34,271 nt of DNA from Nitrospinota bacterium (lineage in GTDB: Bacteria > UBA8248): NCBI GenBank assembly GCA_046581755.1, contig JAYGFR010000203.1, positions 1-34,271 of the forward strand, written 5' to 3'. The position numbers and the translations under genes were made by a program. Under the pieces are notes generated by a model that did not search any database, had not been told where the DNA came from, and worked only from the letters and a program-made list of their open reading frames with translations. Below, piece after piece: positions 1 through 9,035 of the stretch. The stretch's first letter is position 1, and every line of letters begins with the position of its first letter.

Positions 1-157
1 AAAGGGATTCCGCCGGGTGCGGGCCTACCAGGGCATGGCCCGCCTCAGCCCTGCCCTTGAACGCAATGACGAGCGGATTGACGGAAAACTCAAAGTGGAA
101 GAGGCTGCATAGCTACCAGGGGCCGCCCTTCAATTTCAACACAGAACGGGACATCCC
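1..157 (+). mobile_element. Right end of an IS256-family insertion sequence, with terminal inverted repeat ...AATTTCAACACAGAACGGGACATCCC
   Basis: The transposase stop at 110-112 is followed by an IS256-like IRR ending GGGACATCCC at about 157. Base composition switches abruptly to AT-rich immediately afterwards. The left IR is outside the window. Confidence 0.7.
2..112 (+). CDS. C-terminal end of an IS256-family (mutator-like) transposase, partial at window edge
   Basis: Frame 2 reads KGFRRVRAYQGMARLSPALERNDERIDGKLKVEEAA*, resembling the K-x-FRR-(V/I)-x-x-Y-x-x-(M/L)-x-x-L-x-x-AL C-terminus I recall for IS256-family transposases. Not in the ORF track because it lacks a start codon. Confidence 0.75.
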   Translation, partial: KGFRRVRAYQGMARLSPALERNDERIDGKLKVEEAA

Positions 158-327
158 CAATCCTTGCTCTCCATTTGAAGATAAAAATAATTAAACTACG
201 TACCTAAAACCATGCCCAAATAACAATATACCTGGATTAGTTTAAATCGGACAGAAATCCCTGACAAATGGCAAATTGAAGTAGTATATAATATAATAAA
301 CTCTTATAATCATTAAATACCCCGCCA

Positions 328-1290
328 TCAGACAACCCCTGCGCGCAAAAGATGATGAAGGTGAATGACGCCGACGATTTCCTTTTCCCCCTTTTCCATG
401 ACGATGAGCGAGGTAATGGAGTTCAACTCCATCCTTTTCAGGGCGCCGGCGGCTATCTCATTCTTCGCGATGGTATCGGGCGATGAGGTCATCATGCCCT
501 GGGCGTTCGATTGAATATTGCCTTGCGACTCCTCCAGGGACCGCCGCAGATCCCCGTCTGTAACGATGCCGATCAACATCCCCCCACTATCGAGGACACA
601 CGTCAACCCGAGCCCTTTGGCAGTCATCTCGCGGGTCATCTCGCTCAATGACGCCTCACCACTCACCTTCGGAATATCGTCTCCCGTCACCATGAGATCT
701 CCCACCCGCAGGAGTTTCCGCCCGAGGGCGCCGCCCGGATGAAATTTCGCAAAATCCTCCTCGCGAAATCCGCCAGCCTCCAGCACGGCCATCGCCAGCG
801 CATCTCCCATCGCCATGGCCGCGATGGTACTCGCTGTCGGAACCAGGTTCATCGGGCAAGCCTCTTCTTCGACCGAAATGTCGATAACCGTCGCGGCCTC
901 GGTGGCCAAGGTCGATTCCGATTGGCCGGTGATGGCGATCACCGGAGTCCCCAGGCGGGCGAACATCGGCAGCAAACGAAGGACCTCCTCGGTCTCCCCG
1001 CTATAGGAGAGGACAATAACGACATCCCCCCTCGTCACCATGCCCAGGTCCCCGTGGACACCTTCAGCCGAGTGAAGAAAAAACGACGGAGCGCCGACGC
1101 TGGCAAGCGTGGCGGCGATTTTTTGGCCCACCAGCCCGCTTTTGCCAATTCCGGTCACCACGACCCGGCCTTGGCATGCCATGATCAGCTCCACCGATTG
1201 GATGAAATCACGCCCCAGGCGATCCGGCAGCCGGGCCAGCGCCTCGGCCTCGATCTTCAGTGTCCGGATTCCCCGTCCGGCGAGATCCAT
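328..1290 (-). CDS. kdsD: Arabinose-5-phosphate isomerase, KpsF/GutQ family (SIS domain plus CBS pair)
   Basis: GIGKSG, HGDLG, SYSGET, EACP-x-NLVPTAST and FHPGGALG motifs, plus a C-terminal CBS pair. ATG 1290 is preceded by GGAG; the ORF-track start at 1329 is probably too long. Confidence 0.92.
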   Translation of the reverse strand: MDLAGRGIRTLKIEAEALARLPDRLGRDFIQSVELIMACQGRVVVTGIGKSGLVGQKIAATLASVGAPSFFLHSAEGVHGDLGMVTRGDVVIVLSYSGETEEVLRLLPMFARLGTPVIAITGQSESTLATEAATVIDISVEEEACPMNLVPTASTIAAMAMGDALAMAVLEAGGFREEDFAKFHPGGALGRKLLRVGDLMVTGDDIPKVSGEASLSEMTREMTAKGLGLTCVLDSGGMLIGIVTDGDLRRSLEESQGNIQSNAQGMMTSSPDTIAKNEIAAGALKRMELNSITSLIVMEKGEKEIVGVIHLHHLLRAGVV

Positions 1291-1532
1291 GGATAAATGC
1301 TCCATTCCTAAAATAACCAATAGCTTCAAAGGATTTTCGAGTGGAAAAATAGCACCGCCCCCACCCCGTGTCCATATCGACCCTGAAGCCTTCCGGGACC
1401 CGCGTCAATTCCTTTACTTCGCCTCCCGCCGCATGCTAGAAAAACCCATAGCGTTCCGTGATTCAGGGGCCGGTCTTTTTCCCATCCCCTCGGAGTTTCC
1501 CGGCCCTTTTTGACCTTCGGAGACCAAACGCC

Positions 1533-2282
1533 ATGTCCGGCCATTCCAAATGGAGCACGATAAAACGGAAAAAAGGCGCTCTGGACGCCATGCGCGGAAA
1601 AATATTCACCAAGCTGATCCGCGAGATCACCGTGGCGGCAAAAATGGGCGGCGGCGATCCGGGGGGCAACCCCCGCCTCCGGATAGCCATCCAAAACGCC
1701 AAGGGCGCCAACATGCCCCAGGACAACGTCACCCGCGCCATATCGAAGGGAACGGGGGATATGGAAGGTGTCGTCTATGAGGAATTCACCTACGAGGCCT
1801 ACGGGCCCGGGGGCGTCGCCATCCTCATTCCGGTTCTCACTGAAAACCGGAACCGGACGGGTTCGGAAGTCCGGCATATCCTGTCACGAAGGGGCGGCAA
1901 CCTCGCCGAGCCCAATGCCGTGGCCTGGAATTTCGAGAAAAAGGCCCTTTTCCTCATCCCTGGAGAAGGGGTGGAGGAGGACGACCTGCTCGAAGTCGTC
2001 CTCGAGGCCGGGGCCGAAAATTTGGAACCCGTGGACGGCAACTTCGAGGTCACCTCCGAGCCGGAAGCTTACGAGGACATCCGCGCGGCGCTGGAAAAAA
2101 GCGGGATCCCGGCCAAATCCGCCGAGATCACGATGCTGCCCAAAACAACGGTGAAGATCGAGGGAAAACCTGCCGAGCAGATGCTCCGCTTGATCGAAGC
2201 GCTCGAAGACAACGACGACGTTCAGAACGTTTATGCAAACTTCGATATTTCGGAAGAGGAGATGGCCAAGGTCACGGCCTGA
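1533..2282 (+). CDS. yebC: YebC/PmpR family protein
   Basis: [16 protein letters not shown]-terminus, [10 protein letters not shown] and [12 protein letters not shown] motifs; GGAG RBS; classic position upstream of ruvCAB. Confidence 0.96.
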   Translation: MSGHSKWSTIKRKKGALDAMRGKIFTKLIREITVAAKMGGGDPGGNPRLRIAIQNAKGANMPQDNVTRAISKGTGDMEGVVYEEFTYEAYGPGGVAILIPVLTENRNRTGSEVRHILSRRGGNLAEPNAVAWNFEKKALFLIPGEGVEEDDLLEVVLEAGAENLEPVDGNFEVTSEPEAYEDIRAALEKSGIPAKSAEITMLPKTTVKIEGKPAEQMLRLIEALEDNDDVQNVYANFDISEEEMAKVTA

Positions 2283-2320
2283 GCCCCTCCCCTTCCGCCC
2301 ACCGCCCGGGCGAGGTCCGC

Positions 2321-2854
2321 TTGCCTGAAACGCATTTTTCATTTCGAATCATGGGAGTCGATCCGGGTCTGGGCGTAACGGGTTACGCCTTGCTCGGCCT
2401 TGTGGACCCATTCACGGAGCCCAGCCTCGTGGACGGCGGTGTCCTGAGGAGCAGCGAGCGCGCCCCGCTTGAGGAGCGTCTCCACGAGCTTCACCGCGAC
2501 CTCTCCCAGGTCATTTCCGACCTGCGCCCCTGCGTCATGGCCGTCGAGGATCTGTATGCCCACTACAGCCACCCCCGAACCTCCATCATCATGGGCCACG
2601 CGCGGGGGGTGATATTCCTGGCCGCCGCTCAGGCCGGAATCCCCGTTCACAGTTACGCGGCGACCGAAATCAAGAAATCCCTCGTCGGCGTGGGCCGGGC
2701 CTCCAAGGCCCAGGTGCAGCGGATGGTGCAGCATCGCCTTGCCCTCCCGGAGCTTCCCGAGCCGAACGATTTCGCCGACGCCATCGCCGCGGCCTACTGC
2801 TACATCGATCGAACCCTGCGGCGGCGGGATTCGGCCCAGGCGGTGGCGCAATGA
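2321..2854 (+). CDS. ruvC: Holliday junction resolvase RuvC
   Basis: IMGVDPG, VMAVE, GHARGV, EIKKSLVGVGRASKAQV and DFADAIAAA motifs. TTG start with GAGG upstream. Confidence 0.95.
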   Translation: MPETHFSFRIMGVDPGLGVTGYALLGLVDPFTEPSLVDGGVLRSSERAPLEERLHELHRDLSQVISDLRPCVMAVEDLYAHYSHPRTSIIMGHARGVIFLAAAQAGIPVHSYAATEIKKSLVGVGRASKAQVQRMVQHRLALPELPEPNDFADAIAAAYCYIDRTLRRRDSAQAVAQ

Positions 2855-3489
2855 TCCGGCGCCTCTCGGGCGAGATCGTCGAGATTTTCGACGAGAGCAT
2901 CGCCGTGCGAACCGGCGCGGGCCTTTGCTACGAGGCCTTGGTGGGGACCTACGCCCTGCCCGAGCTCCAGGCCCTCATGGACGCGCGCGAGCCGGTCGAG
3001 CTTCACACCCATCACTACCTCGAGGGGAACGCCGCCTCGGGCCAATCCCTGATTCCGCGCCTGGTGGGCTTCCTCACCCCCGCCGAGCGGGATTTTTTCC
3101 TCCGCTTCAGCAAGGTGCCGGGCATCAGCACCCGCAGCGGCATCCGGGCGATGGGCCTCCCGCCCGAGCGCATCGCGGCGGCGATTGTCGCCCGCGACAT
3201 GGGCACGCTGACGAGGCTCCAGGGAATCGGGAAGAAAAAAGCCGAGCAGATCATCTCCCACCTCGCCGACGAACTGGCCGAGACGGGCCTCCTGGCCGGA
3301 GCCCAGGAAGACGCCCGCCCCCAGGCGGTGCCGGCGTCCCAGGCATCCGAGGTCATGGCCATTCTCGTCGGCCAGCTCGGCCTGCGCACCCCCGATGCCG
3401 AGGAGTTGATCGAACGGGCGCTCTCGGCCAAGGGCGCCGACGCCCAAGTGCCCGTCATCCTCGAAGAAGTTTTTCGCATCAGGCGGTAG
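2851..3489 (+). CDS. ruvA: Holliday junction branch migration protein RuvA
   Basis: MIRRLSG start, HhH motifs (KVPGIS, LQGIGKKKAEQI); ATGA overlap with ruvC; lies between ruvC and ruvB. Confidence 0.9.
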   Translation: MIRRLSGEIVEIFDESIAVRTGAGLCYEALVGTYALPELQALMDAREPVELHTHHYLEGNAASGQSLIPRLVGFLTPAERDFFLRFSKVPGISTRSGIRAMGLPPERIAAAIVARDMGTLTRLQGIGKKKAEQIISHLADELAETGLLAGAQEDARPQAVPASQASEVMAILVGQLGLRTPDAEELIERALSAKGADAQVPVILEEVFRIRR

Positions 3490-3498
3490 GAGAAAGCC

Positions 3499-4575
3499 GT
3501 GGTGATTGAAAGGCGCGTGACGGGCACTGAGGTCAGCCCGGCCGAGGAGCAGGTCTTCTCCTCCCTCCGGCCCTCCCGTCTCGCCGAATACGTCGGCCAG
3601 CAGGACCTTGTCGCCAAACTGCGGATCACCCTCGAAGCCGCGAGCGCGCGGGGCGAGGCGGTGGGCCATATCCTCTTTCACGGCCCGCCCGGGCTGGGCA
3701 AGACCACCCTCTCCCACATCATCGCCCAGGAGAGAGGCTCGCGCCTGGTCAAAACATCGGGGCCATCGCTCACTCGGCCCTTCGACCTGGTGGGCATCCT
3801 CACCGACCTTCAGGCGGGCGATGTCCTCTTCATCGACGAGATTCACCGCATGCCGCGCCCGGTGGAGGAGTATCTCTACCCCGCGATGGAGGATTTCGAG
3901 GTCGATTTCATCTCGCAGCAGGGCCCCATGGCCCGCTCGATCAAGATCAACCTCAAACGGTTTTCGGTGGTCGGGGCCACCACCCGGCCTGGCGCCCTCT
4001 CGGCCCCCCTGCGGGACCGCTTCGAGCGGGTCTACCATGTCGATTTCTACTCCGAGGATGAGCTGAAGATCATCCTGGAGCGGAGCGCCTCGCGCCTGGA
4101 CCTGTCCATCGAACCGGCCGCCGCTGCCGAACTCGCTCGCCGCAGCCGGGGCACCCCCCGGACGGCGAACCGGCTCCTGCTCTGGGTGCGCGACTTCAGC
4201 CAGGCCCGGCGGGACGGCACCATCTCCCACGAGACCACCCGCGAGGCGCTGGCCATGGAGGCCGTGGACGAGGCGGGCCTGGACGCGCTCGACCGTCACT
4301 ACCTCCGCACCATCATCGAACAATACGGCGGCGGCCCGGTGGGCGTGGAAGCCGTCGCCGCCACCATGAACGAGGAGAGCGACACTCTTGTGGACGTGAT
4401 CGAGCCCTACCTGCTGCGCACGGGCTTCGTCCAGAGAACCCGGGGCGGCCGGCGGGCGGCGCCGGCGGCCTACGCCCACCTCAGCCTCCAAATCCCCGAG
4501 GGGCTTCAGGGCGATCTCTGGTCCGCCGCCGGCGAATCCACGGAGACCGGCTCCCCTGCCGGAGAGAGCGGGTAG
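3499..4575 (+). CDS. ruvB: Holliday junction branch migration helicase RuvB
   Basis: LRPSRLAEYVGQ, Walker A GPPGLGKTT, FIDEIHR, GATTR, SRGTPR and IEPYLL motifs. GTG start with AGGAG. Confidence 0.97.
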   Translation: MVIERRVTGTEVSPAEEQVFSSLRPSRLAEYVGQQDLVAKLRITLEAASARGEAVGHILFHGPPGLGKTTLSHIIAQERGSRLVKTSGPSLTRPFDLVGILTDLQAGDVLFIDEIHRMPRPVEEYLYPAMEDFEVDFISQQGPMARSIKINLKRFSVVGATTRPGALSAPLRDRFERVYHVDFYSEDELKIILERSASRLDLSIEPAAAAELARRSRGTPRTANRLLLWVRDFSQARRDGTISHETTREALAMEAVDEAGLDALDRHYLRTIIEQYGGGPVGVEAVAATMNEESDTLVDVIEPYLLRTGFVQRTRGGRRAAPAAYAHLSLQIPEGLQGDLWSAAGESTETGSPAGESG

Positions 4576-4585
4576 GGTCCCATCG

Positions 4586-4819
4586 ATGACGCCAGGCGAT
4601 CCTTTCGGCGGCTTCGGCAAAACCCTCCTCATCATCGGGCTCGTCATCGCGGCCATCGGCGCGCTCATGATGATCGGGCCGAAAATTCCCTGGCTGGGCC
4701 ACCTTCCGGGCGACATTCACCTTCGCGGGAAGAACTGGCGCTTCTCCTTCCCCATCGTCACCTCGATCGTTCTCAGCATCATCCTGACGATTATTCTGAA
4801 TCTGTTTTCAAGGAAATAA
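4586..4819 (+). CDS. DUF2905 family small membrane protein
   Basis: WLGHLPGDI and FSFPIVTSIVLSIILT signature, two hydrophobic helices; typical position after ruvB. Confidence 0.85.
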   Translation: MTPGDPFGGFGKTLLIIGLVIAAIGALMMIGPKIPWLGHLPGDIHLRGKNWRFSFPIVTSIVLSIILTIILNLFSRK

Positions 4820-4913
4820 ACCGCGCCTCCCCTCGTTGACCCGGTCCGCGCCGGAGGCGAGAATCGATGGCGCGGCATCCATCCATTCAGCCATTACCAG
4901 GAGGAGACGTTCC

Positions 4914-5693
4914 ATGTCCCATCCGCTGTTCGACCTTTCGGGCCAAAAAGCCCTCGTTACCGGCGCGGGCCGGGGCATCGGGGCCACCCTCGCCCTCGGT
5001 CTCGCCCAGGCCGGCGCGGACGTGGCCATCGCCGACATCGATCTCGCCCCGGCCGATGAGGGCCGGCGGGCGATCGAGGCCCTGGAGCGGAGGTGCACCC
5101 TCATCGAGGCGGACGTGACCGATCGGGCGGGGGCCGAGAGGATGGTGGCCGAAGCCTCCGCCGCCCTGGGCGGGCTGACGATCCTCGTCAACAACGCGGG
5201 AACCAACGTGCGCAAGACGATGGCGGAGGTCACCGAGGAAGACTGGGATCGCGTCCTCGACCTGAATCTCAAGAGCCTGTTCTTCATCACCCGCCGGGCT
5301 GGGGATGAGATGAAAAAGGCCGGGGGCGGCAAGGTGATCAACATGGCCTCGCTCATGGGCTGGTCCGTTTTCCGGAACCCCCATGGGCAGACCTACGGGC
5401 CCTACGCCTCGAGCAAGGGCGGCGTCATCGCGCTCACCCGCTCGTTCGCCATCGAGTGGGCGAAGGAAAACATTCAGGTCAACGCCATCTGCCCCACCTT
5501 CATCGAAACCCCGCTGACCCAACCCCTGCTGGAGGACCCGGCCGTTAGCGGCGCCATTTGCGCTCGCACCCCCATGGGCCGCTTCGGGCGGATGGAAGAG
5601 CTTATCGGCCCCTGCGTCTTTCTCGCATCCGCCGCCAGCAACCTCGTCACCGGAGAATCCCTCCTCGTGGACGGCGGCTGGCACGCGGGGTAG
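4914..5693 (+). CDS. Classical short-chain dehydrogenase/reductase (KduD/gluconate-5-dehydrogenase-like)
   Basis: TGAGRGIG, VNNAG, YASSKGG and VDGG motifs. ATG 4914 preceded by AGGAGG. Confidence 0.9.
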   Translation: MSHPLFDLSGQKALVTGAGRGIGATLALGLAQAGADVAIADIDLAPADEGRRAIEALERRCTLIEADVTDRAGAERMVAEASAALGGLTILVNNAGTNVRKTMAEVTEEDWDRVLDLNLKSLFFITRRAGDEMKKAGGGKVINMASLMGWSVFRNPHGQTYGPYASSKGGVIALTRSFAIEWAKENIQVNAICPTFIETPLTQPLLEDPAVSGAICARTPMGRFGRMEELIGPCVFLASAASNLVTGESLLVDGGWHAG

Positions 5694-5707
5694 AGAAATT
5701 CCGAAAA
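5577..5707 (+). repeat. Direct repeat copy 1 (SDR 3' end plus 14 bp downstream)
   Basis: 123/131 identical to 6687-6817 by manual alignment; 58-bp perfect core at 5628-5685. Confidence 0.95.
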
Positions 5708-5751
5708 ACCGAACCACAACCGCCGGCTGCCGGCCCTCAGGAGGACCGTCC

Positions 5752-6063
5752 TTGATCTACTCTCTTCGGACCCATCACGTGACCCCGGGCAAGATGAACG
5801 AGTTCCACGAGCTTCGCCGGGAGGCGATCCCCTATTTCGAAAAGCATGGCATCAAAGTCGTGGGCTACTGGAAAACCGAGATCGGCCCCTCACCCTCGGT
5901 GGTCTCCCTCACCGCCTTCGACGACTGGGCCCAGTACGAAAAAGCCCAGAGCGACCTCGTCGCCGACCCCGAGTTCAAAAAGCTCATGGGCCGATTCCAG
6001 GGCCTTAGCCAGCGCACCGACACCGTTATCCTCAGGCCCACGGACTACTCGCCCATGCAGTAG
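5752..6063 (+). CDS. NIPSNAP family protein
   Basis: MIYSLRTHHVTPGKM, HGIKVVGYW and ILRPTDYSPM pattern; TTG start with AGGAGGA RBS. Confidence 0.88.
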   Translation: MIYSLRTHHVTPGKMNEFHELRREAIPYFEKHGIKVVGYWKTEIGPSPSVVSLTAFDDWAQYEKAQSDLVADPEFKKLMGRFQGLSQRTDTVILRPTDYSPMQ

Positions 6064-6067
6064 GGGG

Positions 6068-6097
6068 ATTGTATATCGCATATAATCACTATACAAT
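6068..6097 (+). promoter_or_regulatory. higBA promoter (TTGTAT-17-TACAAT) overlapped by inverted repeat ATTGTATA/TATACAAT, a probable HigA operator
   Basis: -35 at 6069-6074 and -10 at 6092-6097. The perfect 8-bp IR arms (6068-6075, 6090-6097) cover both boxes. The ATG is 7 nt after the -10 with no SD sequence. Confidence 0.75.
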
Positions 6098-6103
6098 TCG
6101 TCC

Positions 6104-6382
6104 ATGATTGAGAGGTTCAAGCATCGCGGCTTGAGGAGGCTGTTCGAAAGAGACGATCCTGGCCGGGTTTCCGCCCAGGACGTCGACAAGATTAAACGCA
6201 TCCTCGCCGCTCTGAGCAGGGCTGGGCGGCCGGAGGACATTAACTTTCCCGGCTTCCGGCTGCACCCCCTGAAAGGAGACATGAAAGGACATTGGGCCGT
6301 CACCGTGCGGGCCAACTGGCGCGTCACCTTCAGGATGGAGCAGGGCAACGCATACGATGTCGATTTAACCGACTACCACTAA
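6104..6382 (+). CDS. higB: HigB-like RelE/ParE family toxin
   Basis: MIERFKHRGLRRLF, PGFRLHPLKGD, WAVTVRANWRVTF and C-terminal DYH; toxin-first gene order. Confidence 0.93.
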   Translation: MIERFKHRGLRRLFERDDPGRVSAQDVDKIKRILAALSRAGRPEDINFPGFRLHPLKGDMKGHWAVTVRANWRVTFRMEQGNAYDVDLTDYH

Positions 6383-6394
6383 GAGGAAGAAACG

Positions 6395-6676
6395 ATGCGC
6401 ATGAAAAATCCGCCACACCCCGGCCAGCTCGTCAAACATGACTGCCTGGAGCCTCTTGGCCTGACCATCACACGGGGGGCGGAAATTCTCGGTGTCTCCC
6501 GTTTGACGCTCAGCAACCTGATTCACGCAAAAAACGGGGTGTCCCCGGAAATGGCCATCCGGCTTTCGAAAGCCTTCGGAAGCTCCCCGGAGGTGTGGCT
6601 TGGCATGCAGATGGACTACGACTTGGCCCGGGCCCAAAAAAAGGCCGGCAAGATCAAGGTGAAAAAAGCGTCCTGA
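6395..6676 (+). CDS. higA: HigA family antitoxin (Xre HTH)
   Basis: NPPHPG, LGVSR, SPEMAIRLSKAFG and WLGMQMDYDL motifs. Confidence 0.94.
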   Translation: MRMKNPPHPGQLVKHDCLEPLGLTITRGAEILGVSRLTLSNLIHAKNGVSPEMAIRLSKAFGSSPEVWLGMQMDYDLARAQKKAGKIKVKKAS

Positions 6677-6686
6677 CATCCAGGTA

Positions 6687-6817
6687 GGCCGCATCGGAGG
6701 GATGGAAGAGCTTATCGGCCCCTGCATCTTTCTCGCCTCCGCCGCCAGCAACCTCGTCACCGGAGAATCCCTCCTCGTGGACGGCGGCTGGCACGAGGGG
6801 TAGGGAAATTCTGAAAA
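6687..6817 (+). repeat. Direct repeat copy 2, an SDR C-terminal remnant (GRIGGMEELIGPCIFLASAASNLVTGESLLVDGGWHEG*)
   Basis: Near-identical to 5577-5707 at an offset of 1110 bp; TAG at 6801-6803; no SDR N-terminal part. Confidence 0.93.
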
Positions 6818-6843
6818 GACCCCATCCATAAAGGACCCACACC

Positions 6844-7695
6844 ATGCATTTATTTCGCCAAATTGATGATTCGTTGTTTCAGCCCCCCCCCGGCTACGGA
6901 GGCCATTCCGAGGGCTTTCGGCGCGCGGATCTGATCGGGCGGGAGCAGGGATCTGTCCACATCGGCTTTTCGATTTCGGAGCTGGCGCCGGGCGGGGGAA
7001 TTGATACCTGCGTTCATGCCTACGAGAAAGGGATTTTCATCACCGAGGGCGAGGTCGAACTCAACCGGGAGGGGAAACGCTTTTGGCTGAAAAAACACGA
7101 CTACGCCCTCGTGCCCATGGGCACGGCCCACGCCATCCGGAATGCTGGAAGCCATCCGACCCGGTGGGTCGAGAAGAGCGCCCCCCAGCCCAAGCCGCCG
7201 GGCGAATGGGAGGACACTTTCTTCCCGCCCGGGCTCGATTGGCCGCTGGAGACCCTGGCACCCGACCCGAAAAACCCCGCCTGCCGGATGACCGGACATT
7301 TCGATAAAAGCCAGCTTCCTCCCCACCAGAGGGTGGATGAGTACATGTGGGGATGGTCTAAGAAAATGCTGATGGACCGCGCGTTCGGCAACCAGCATTT
7401 CAACATGTTCATCATCGGGTTCGCCGAGGACGGGCAGACCAACGAGCACGAACACCCCTTCGAGGAGGCCTATCTGGTCATAGAGGGCGAGGTGACGTTC
7501 ACCGCCGAGGGGGAGGAGTACGTCCTGACCCCGGGGACGATCGCGTGGTCCGGCGTCGGCTCACCTCACGGATTTTACCTCAACCGGGGCGTCTCGTGCC
7601 TTTGGCTCGAAATCATGACGCCCCAGCCCCCCGCGCAAAACTGGAACCGCCGCCTCTCCACTTGGGACGATATCCGCGCCCGCCTGGGGGGTTGA
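6844..7695 (+). CDS. Bicupin domain protein
   Basis: Two cupin motif sets: CVHAYEKG...VPMGTAHAIRN and HEHPFEEAY...GVGSPHGF. Confidence 0.85.
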   Translation: MHLFRQIDDSLFQPPPGYGGHSEGFRRADLIGREQGSVHIGFSISELAPGGGIDTCVHAYEKGIFITEGEVELNREGKRFWLKKHDYALVPMGTAHAIRNAGSHPTRWVEKSAPQPKPPGEWEDTFFPPGLDWPLETLAPDPKNPACRMTGHFDKSQLPPHQRVDEYMWGWSKKMLMDRAFGNQHFNMFIIGFAEDGQTNEHEHPFEEAYLVIEGEVTFTAEGEEYVLTPGTIAWSGVGSPHGFYLNRGVSCLWLEIMTPQPPAQNWNRRLSTWDDIRARLGG

Positions 7696-7703
7696 GCGGA
7701 GTT

Positions 7704-8966
7704 ATGTCCCCCTCCCCCACGAAACGCGTCCTGCTCCTTATGACGACGAACACCTATCGCGCCTCGGCGTATCTGAGGGCGGCGGAGCGGGCGGGGGTGA
7801 GCGCCGTGGTGGGCACGGACCGGCCGGACCTTCTGGCCGGTATGAATCCGGGCGCCTCCCTGACGCTGGATTTTCACGAACCCGAAAAGGCGGCGGCGGA
7901 TATCGCGCGGTTCGCGAAGGAGTTTTCCATCGACGCCGTGGTGGCGGTGGACGATGACGCCGTGATCGCCGGGGCAATGGCGGCCGGAGCGATGGGGCTT
8001 CCGGCGCACACCGTCGAGGCCGCCCGCGCGACGCGGAGCAAGTACGAGCTCCGGAAAATCCTGGACGAGGAGGGGCTGCCCTCGCCCGGCTTCCGGCTGA
8101 TGGCGGCGAATGACGATCCGGCGGCGCTCGCCGCTTCGGTGAATTACCCTTGCGTCCTCAAGCCCACCTTCCTCGCCGGGAGCCAGGGGGTCATCCGCGC
8201 GAACGATGAGGAAGAGTTCGCCGCCGCCTACCGGCGCATCGGAAAAATCCTGGACGATGCCGGTACGAAGGAGCGCGGGGGGGCAGAGAGCGGCTCTATC
8301 CTGACCGAGGATTACGTTCCGGGCCGGGAGGCCGCGCTGGAAGGCCTCGCCGCCGGAGGCCGACTCCACGTGCTCGCCATCTTCGATAAGCCCGACCCGA
8401 TGGAAGGGCCGTTTTTCGAGGAGACGATTTACGTCACGCCCTCGCGCCTCCCCGAAAAAATACAAGAAGAGATTGTCCGCGTTACCGAGCGCGCCGCCAG
8501 GGCGATCGGATTAAAAGACGGGCCGGTACACGCCGAGGTGCGCGTGAACGATGGGGGGGTATGGGTGATCGACGTGGCGAGCCGCACCATCGGCGGCAAT
8601 TGCGCGGCCGCGCTCGAATTCGGGGACGGGGCCTCGCTGGAGGAGTTGATCCTCGCGAATGCCCTCGAGCTGGAGCCGCCGTCCCTGACACGGGAGAGTC
8701 CGGCCTCGGGCGTGATGATGATCCCCATTCCGGGGCGGGGAATCCTCCGCGGGGTGGAGGGGATGGATGCCGCGCTCGCGGTCCCGGGCATCCGGTCCAT
8801 CGACATCGGTATCCACGCGGGCGGGGCCGTCGTCCCCCTGCCCGAGGGAAACCGCTATCTCGGCTTTATCTTCGCCAGGAGGGAGACACCCGGGGAGGCC
8901 GAGGAGGCGCTTCGCCGCGCGCACGAACACCTCCGGTTCCGGATCGATTCAGAAGGAGCAGTTTAA
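7704..8966 (+). CDS. ATP-grasp domain protein (L-amino-acid ligase-like)
   Basis: RSKYELR, YPCVLKP...GSQGV, EDYVPGRE, HAEVR and IDVASRTIGG motifs. ATG 7704 lies just after the cupin stop. Confidence 0.88.
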   Translation: MSPSPTKRVLLLMTTNTYRASAYLRAAERAGVSAVVGTDRPDLLAGMNPGASLTLDFHEPEKAAADIARFAKEFSIDAVVAVDDDAVIAGAMAAGAMGLPAHTVEAARATRSKYELRKILDEEGLPSPGFRLMAANDDPAALAASVNYPCVLKPTFLAGSQGVIRANDEEEFAAAYRRIGKILDDAGTKERGGAESGSILTEDYVPGREAALEGLAAGGRLHVLAIFDKPDPMEGPFFEETIYVTPSRLPEKIQEEIVRVTERAARAIGLKDGPVHAEVRVNDGGVWVIDVASRTIGGNCAAALEFGDGASLEELILANALELEPPSLTRESPASGVMMIPIPGRGILRGVEGMDAALAVPGIRSIDIGIHAGGAVVPLPEGNRYLGFIFARRETPGEAEEALRRAHEHLRFRIDSEGAV

Positions 8967-9035
8967 AAATCGCCAATAACGGACACGGCGATCATACGGG
9001 TCAAAACTCACCACCCTTGAGCAATCTCAACGATC

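Noticed and set aside
2800..4716. 638-aa minus-strand ORF
   Set aside because: Antisense shadow of ruvA/ruvB; no recognisable motifs; expected in high-GC DNA.
6104..6676. higBA as part of an integron cassette or prophage
   Set aside because: No attC-like site, integrase or phage genes were recognised nearby.
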